64,000 bases of DNA from Mytilus californianus (lineage: Eukaryota): NCBI RefSeq assembly GCF_021869535.1, contig NW_026262626.1, positions 5,518,001 through 5,582,000 of the forward strand. The letters run 5' to 3'. The notes beneath the pieces are model-generated. The model was given only the letters and a program-made list of their open reading frames with translations. It ran no database searches and was not told where the DNA came from. Position numbers and translations under genes: made by a program. Numbering within the stretch: the first letter of the stretch is position 1; each line of letters starts with the position of its first letter. Positions 62,665 to 64,000 of the stretch are shown here, one piece after another.

Positions 62665-64000
62665 TTTACAAATAATTAATGAACATGATGTTCAGCCTAA
62701 GGTCCAATTCAGAAATTTTGAAATTCTTTTTGCAGCAATGATTACTTTTTATATTGAGAATTTCAAATCCCATTAAAAATGAGCAAAATTGTTTAGTAAT
62801 ATTTTTGGTTAAAATATTATCAAACTAAAGCAGCAACACAAATATTAGTTTACATCATTTAGTGTCACACAATTTCTCCTCATTGGACATTTATAAAAAC
62901 AAACAATTGATCTTTCCAGGTACATGTATATATATAATAATTATTAACCTAATTTGATAAAAAAAAATTTATCACATTTTAAATTTCATAATAAAAATAT
63001 CCTGGAAATGACCAGCTTGCAAAAATATTTTTTCAACCCAAACTGTGATAGGTCGGAATTACAAAGGTTTGCTTAACTTCCCAATAAAGATAAACATGAT
63101 AAATAAATTTTAAGTTTGGAAAAAACTAAAAGGAATTTGACTTAAAATTTCAAAGAAAATTAAGTTGTTAACACTAAAGATATCTCTAATGTAATTATAA
63201 AAGTTCAGAGAGCACTCTTTATGTGTACATGTACATTATACAACATTTATAGTGTAAATTTAGAATAATGTCTGCCATAAACTTGTATGACATCAGATAA
63301 TTAATTACAAAGTTTGTGACATGAAAAGAAGTCAGGTGCAGTTATTACTTCAATTTAAATCAGCAATCAATGTTTACTACATGAGTTTTAGGTTGAGATT
63401 GTTTAAAAAAAAAAAAAAATGATCACAGAAGTTTGTTTTATATAGACATGATAGAGTTATGAAACAAGACTGGTTTGCTTAAAGTAGGAATACAGGGTCC
63501 AAGAAGGCAGGACATTTATTGTTAGAAATTTTTTTATGGAATAGCTTTTATTACTTATAGAAAAGAAGATGACCAAAATGATGAAGTAGTAGGCGATTTA
63601 GCTGGCTACTGTCTTCTTATGGAAACGCCATCTCTCATGAATATATGTTTGCTTACTGGTGAAGAATTTGTTTATATACATGAACAAAGATCTTTCTTAT
63701 AATAATGGTATAACGCAATACTTCTGGATTTTAGTTAGAGCTTGATAATAATCAAGTAAATCAAAATCTTCTTCATTCAGCAATGTTACCAACAAAAAGA
63801 AGTTGAACTCTAGGCTATTACGCAAGGATTAATAATGACATATTGATGATTTATGTATCATTGTAGAAGTACTCACTAGACATGCTAGAGATCAAATTAT
63901 ATTTGCACAATTTTAATGAAATGTAACTCAAGCAGAACTTTATAAATGATCTTTTGAAATCTGCATCCTGTCGATACAGTTTCACAATTTCGTCATTGAA

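Noticed and set aside
63561-63700. Open stretch after TTATAG as the missing exon for the 56500-56593 leader
   Set aside because: The phase-1 reading hits a stop after 9 codons, and the open phase-2 frame is not mucin-like.

Overview
AT-rich, repeat-dense animal genomic DNA; the repeat families resemble those of mytilid bivalves (inference). No rRNA, tRNA or CRISPR features. Genes, all on the + strand: (1) an 8-exon PPIL6-type cyclophilin gene (8719-17908, 297 aa) reconstructed with canonical GT-AG junctions; (2) a tandem cluster of four divergent two-exon type I membrane sialomucin genes (26.7-54.2 kb). Each has a signal-peptide exon, one phase-1 intron, and an exon with a Thr/Ser/Pro stalk, a CD164/porimin-like F-x-G-x-[ST]-F-x-x-G motif, a TM helix and a Tyr-based tail. 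A fifth signal-peptide exon (56500-56593) has no partner exon found in the window. The ORF track misses these genes' starts because the starts are spliced. The remainder is mobile DNA: a 5'-truncated Penelope-like RT, decayed CR1/L2-type LINE pieces, SINEs, Helentron-associated (HINE-like) elements, and MITEs with candidate target-site duplications of 2-9 bp. Notable elements are two 29-30 bp palindromes each with a 7-bp direct repeat, and an intact minimal type I hammerhead ribozyme inside a terminally redundant 539-bp unit.
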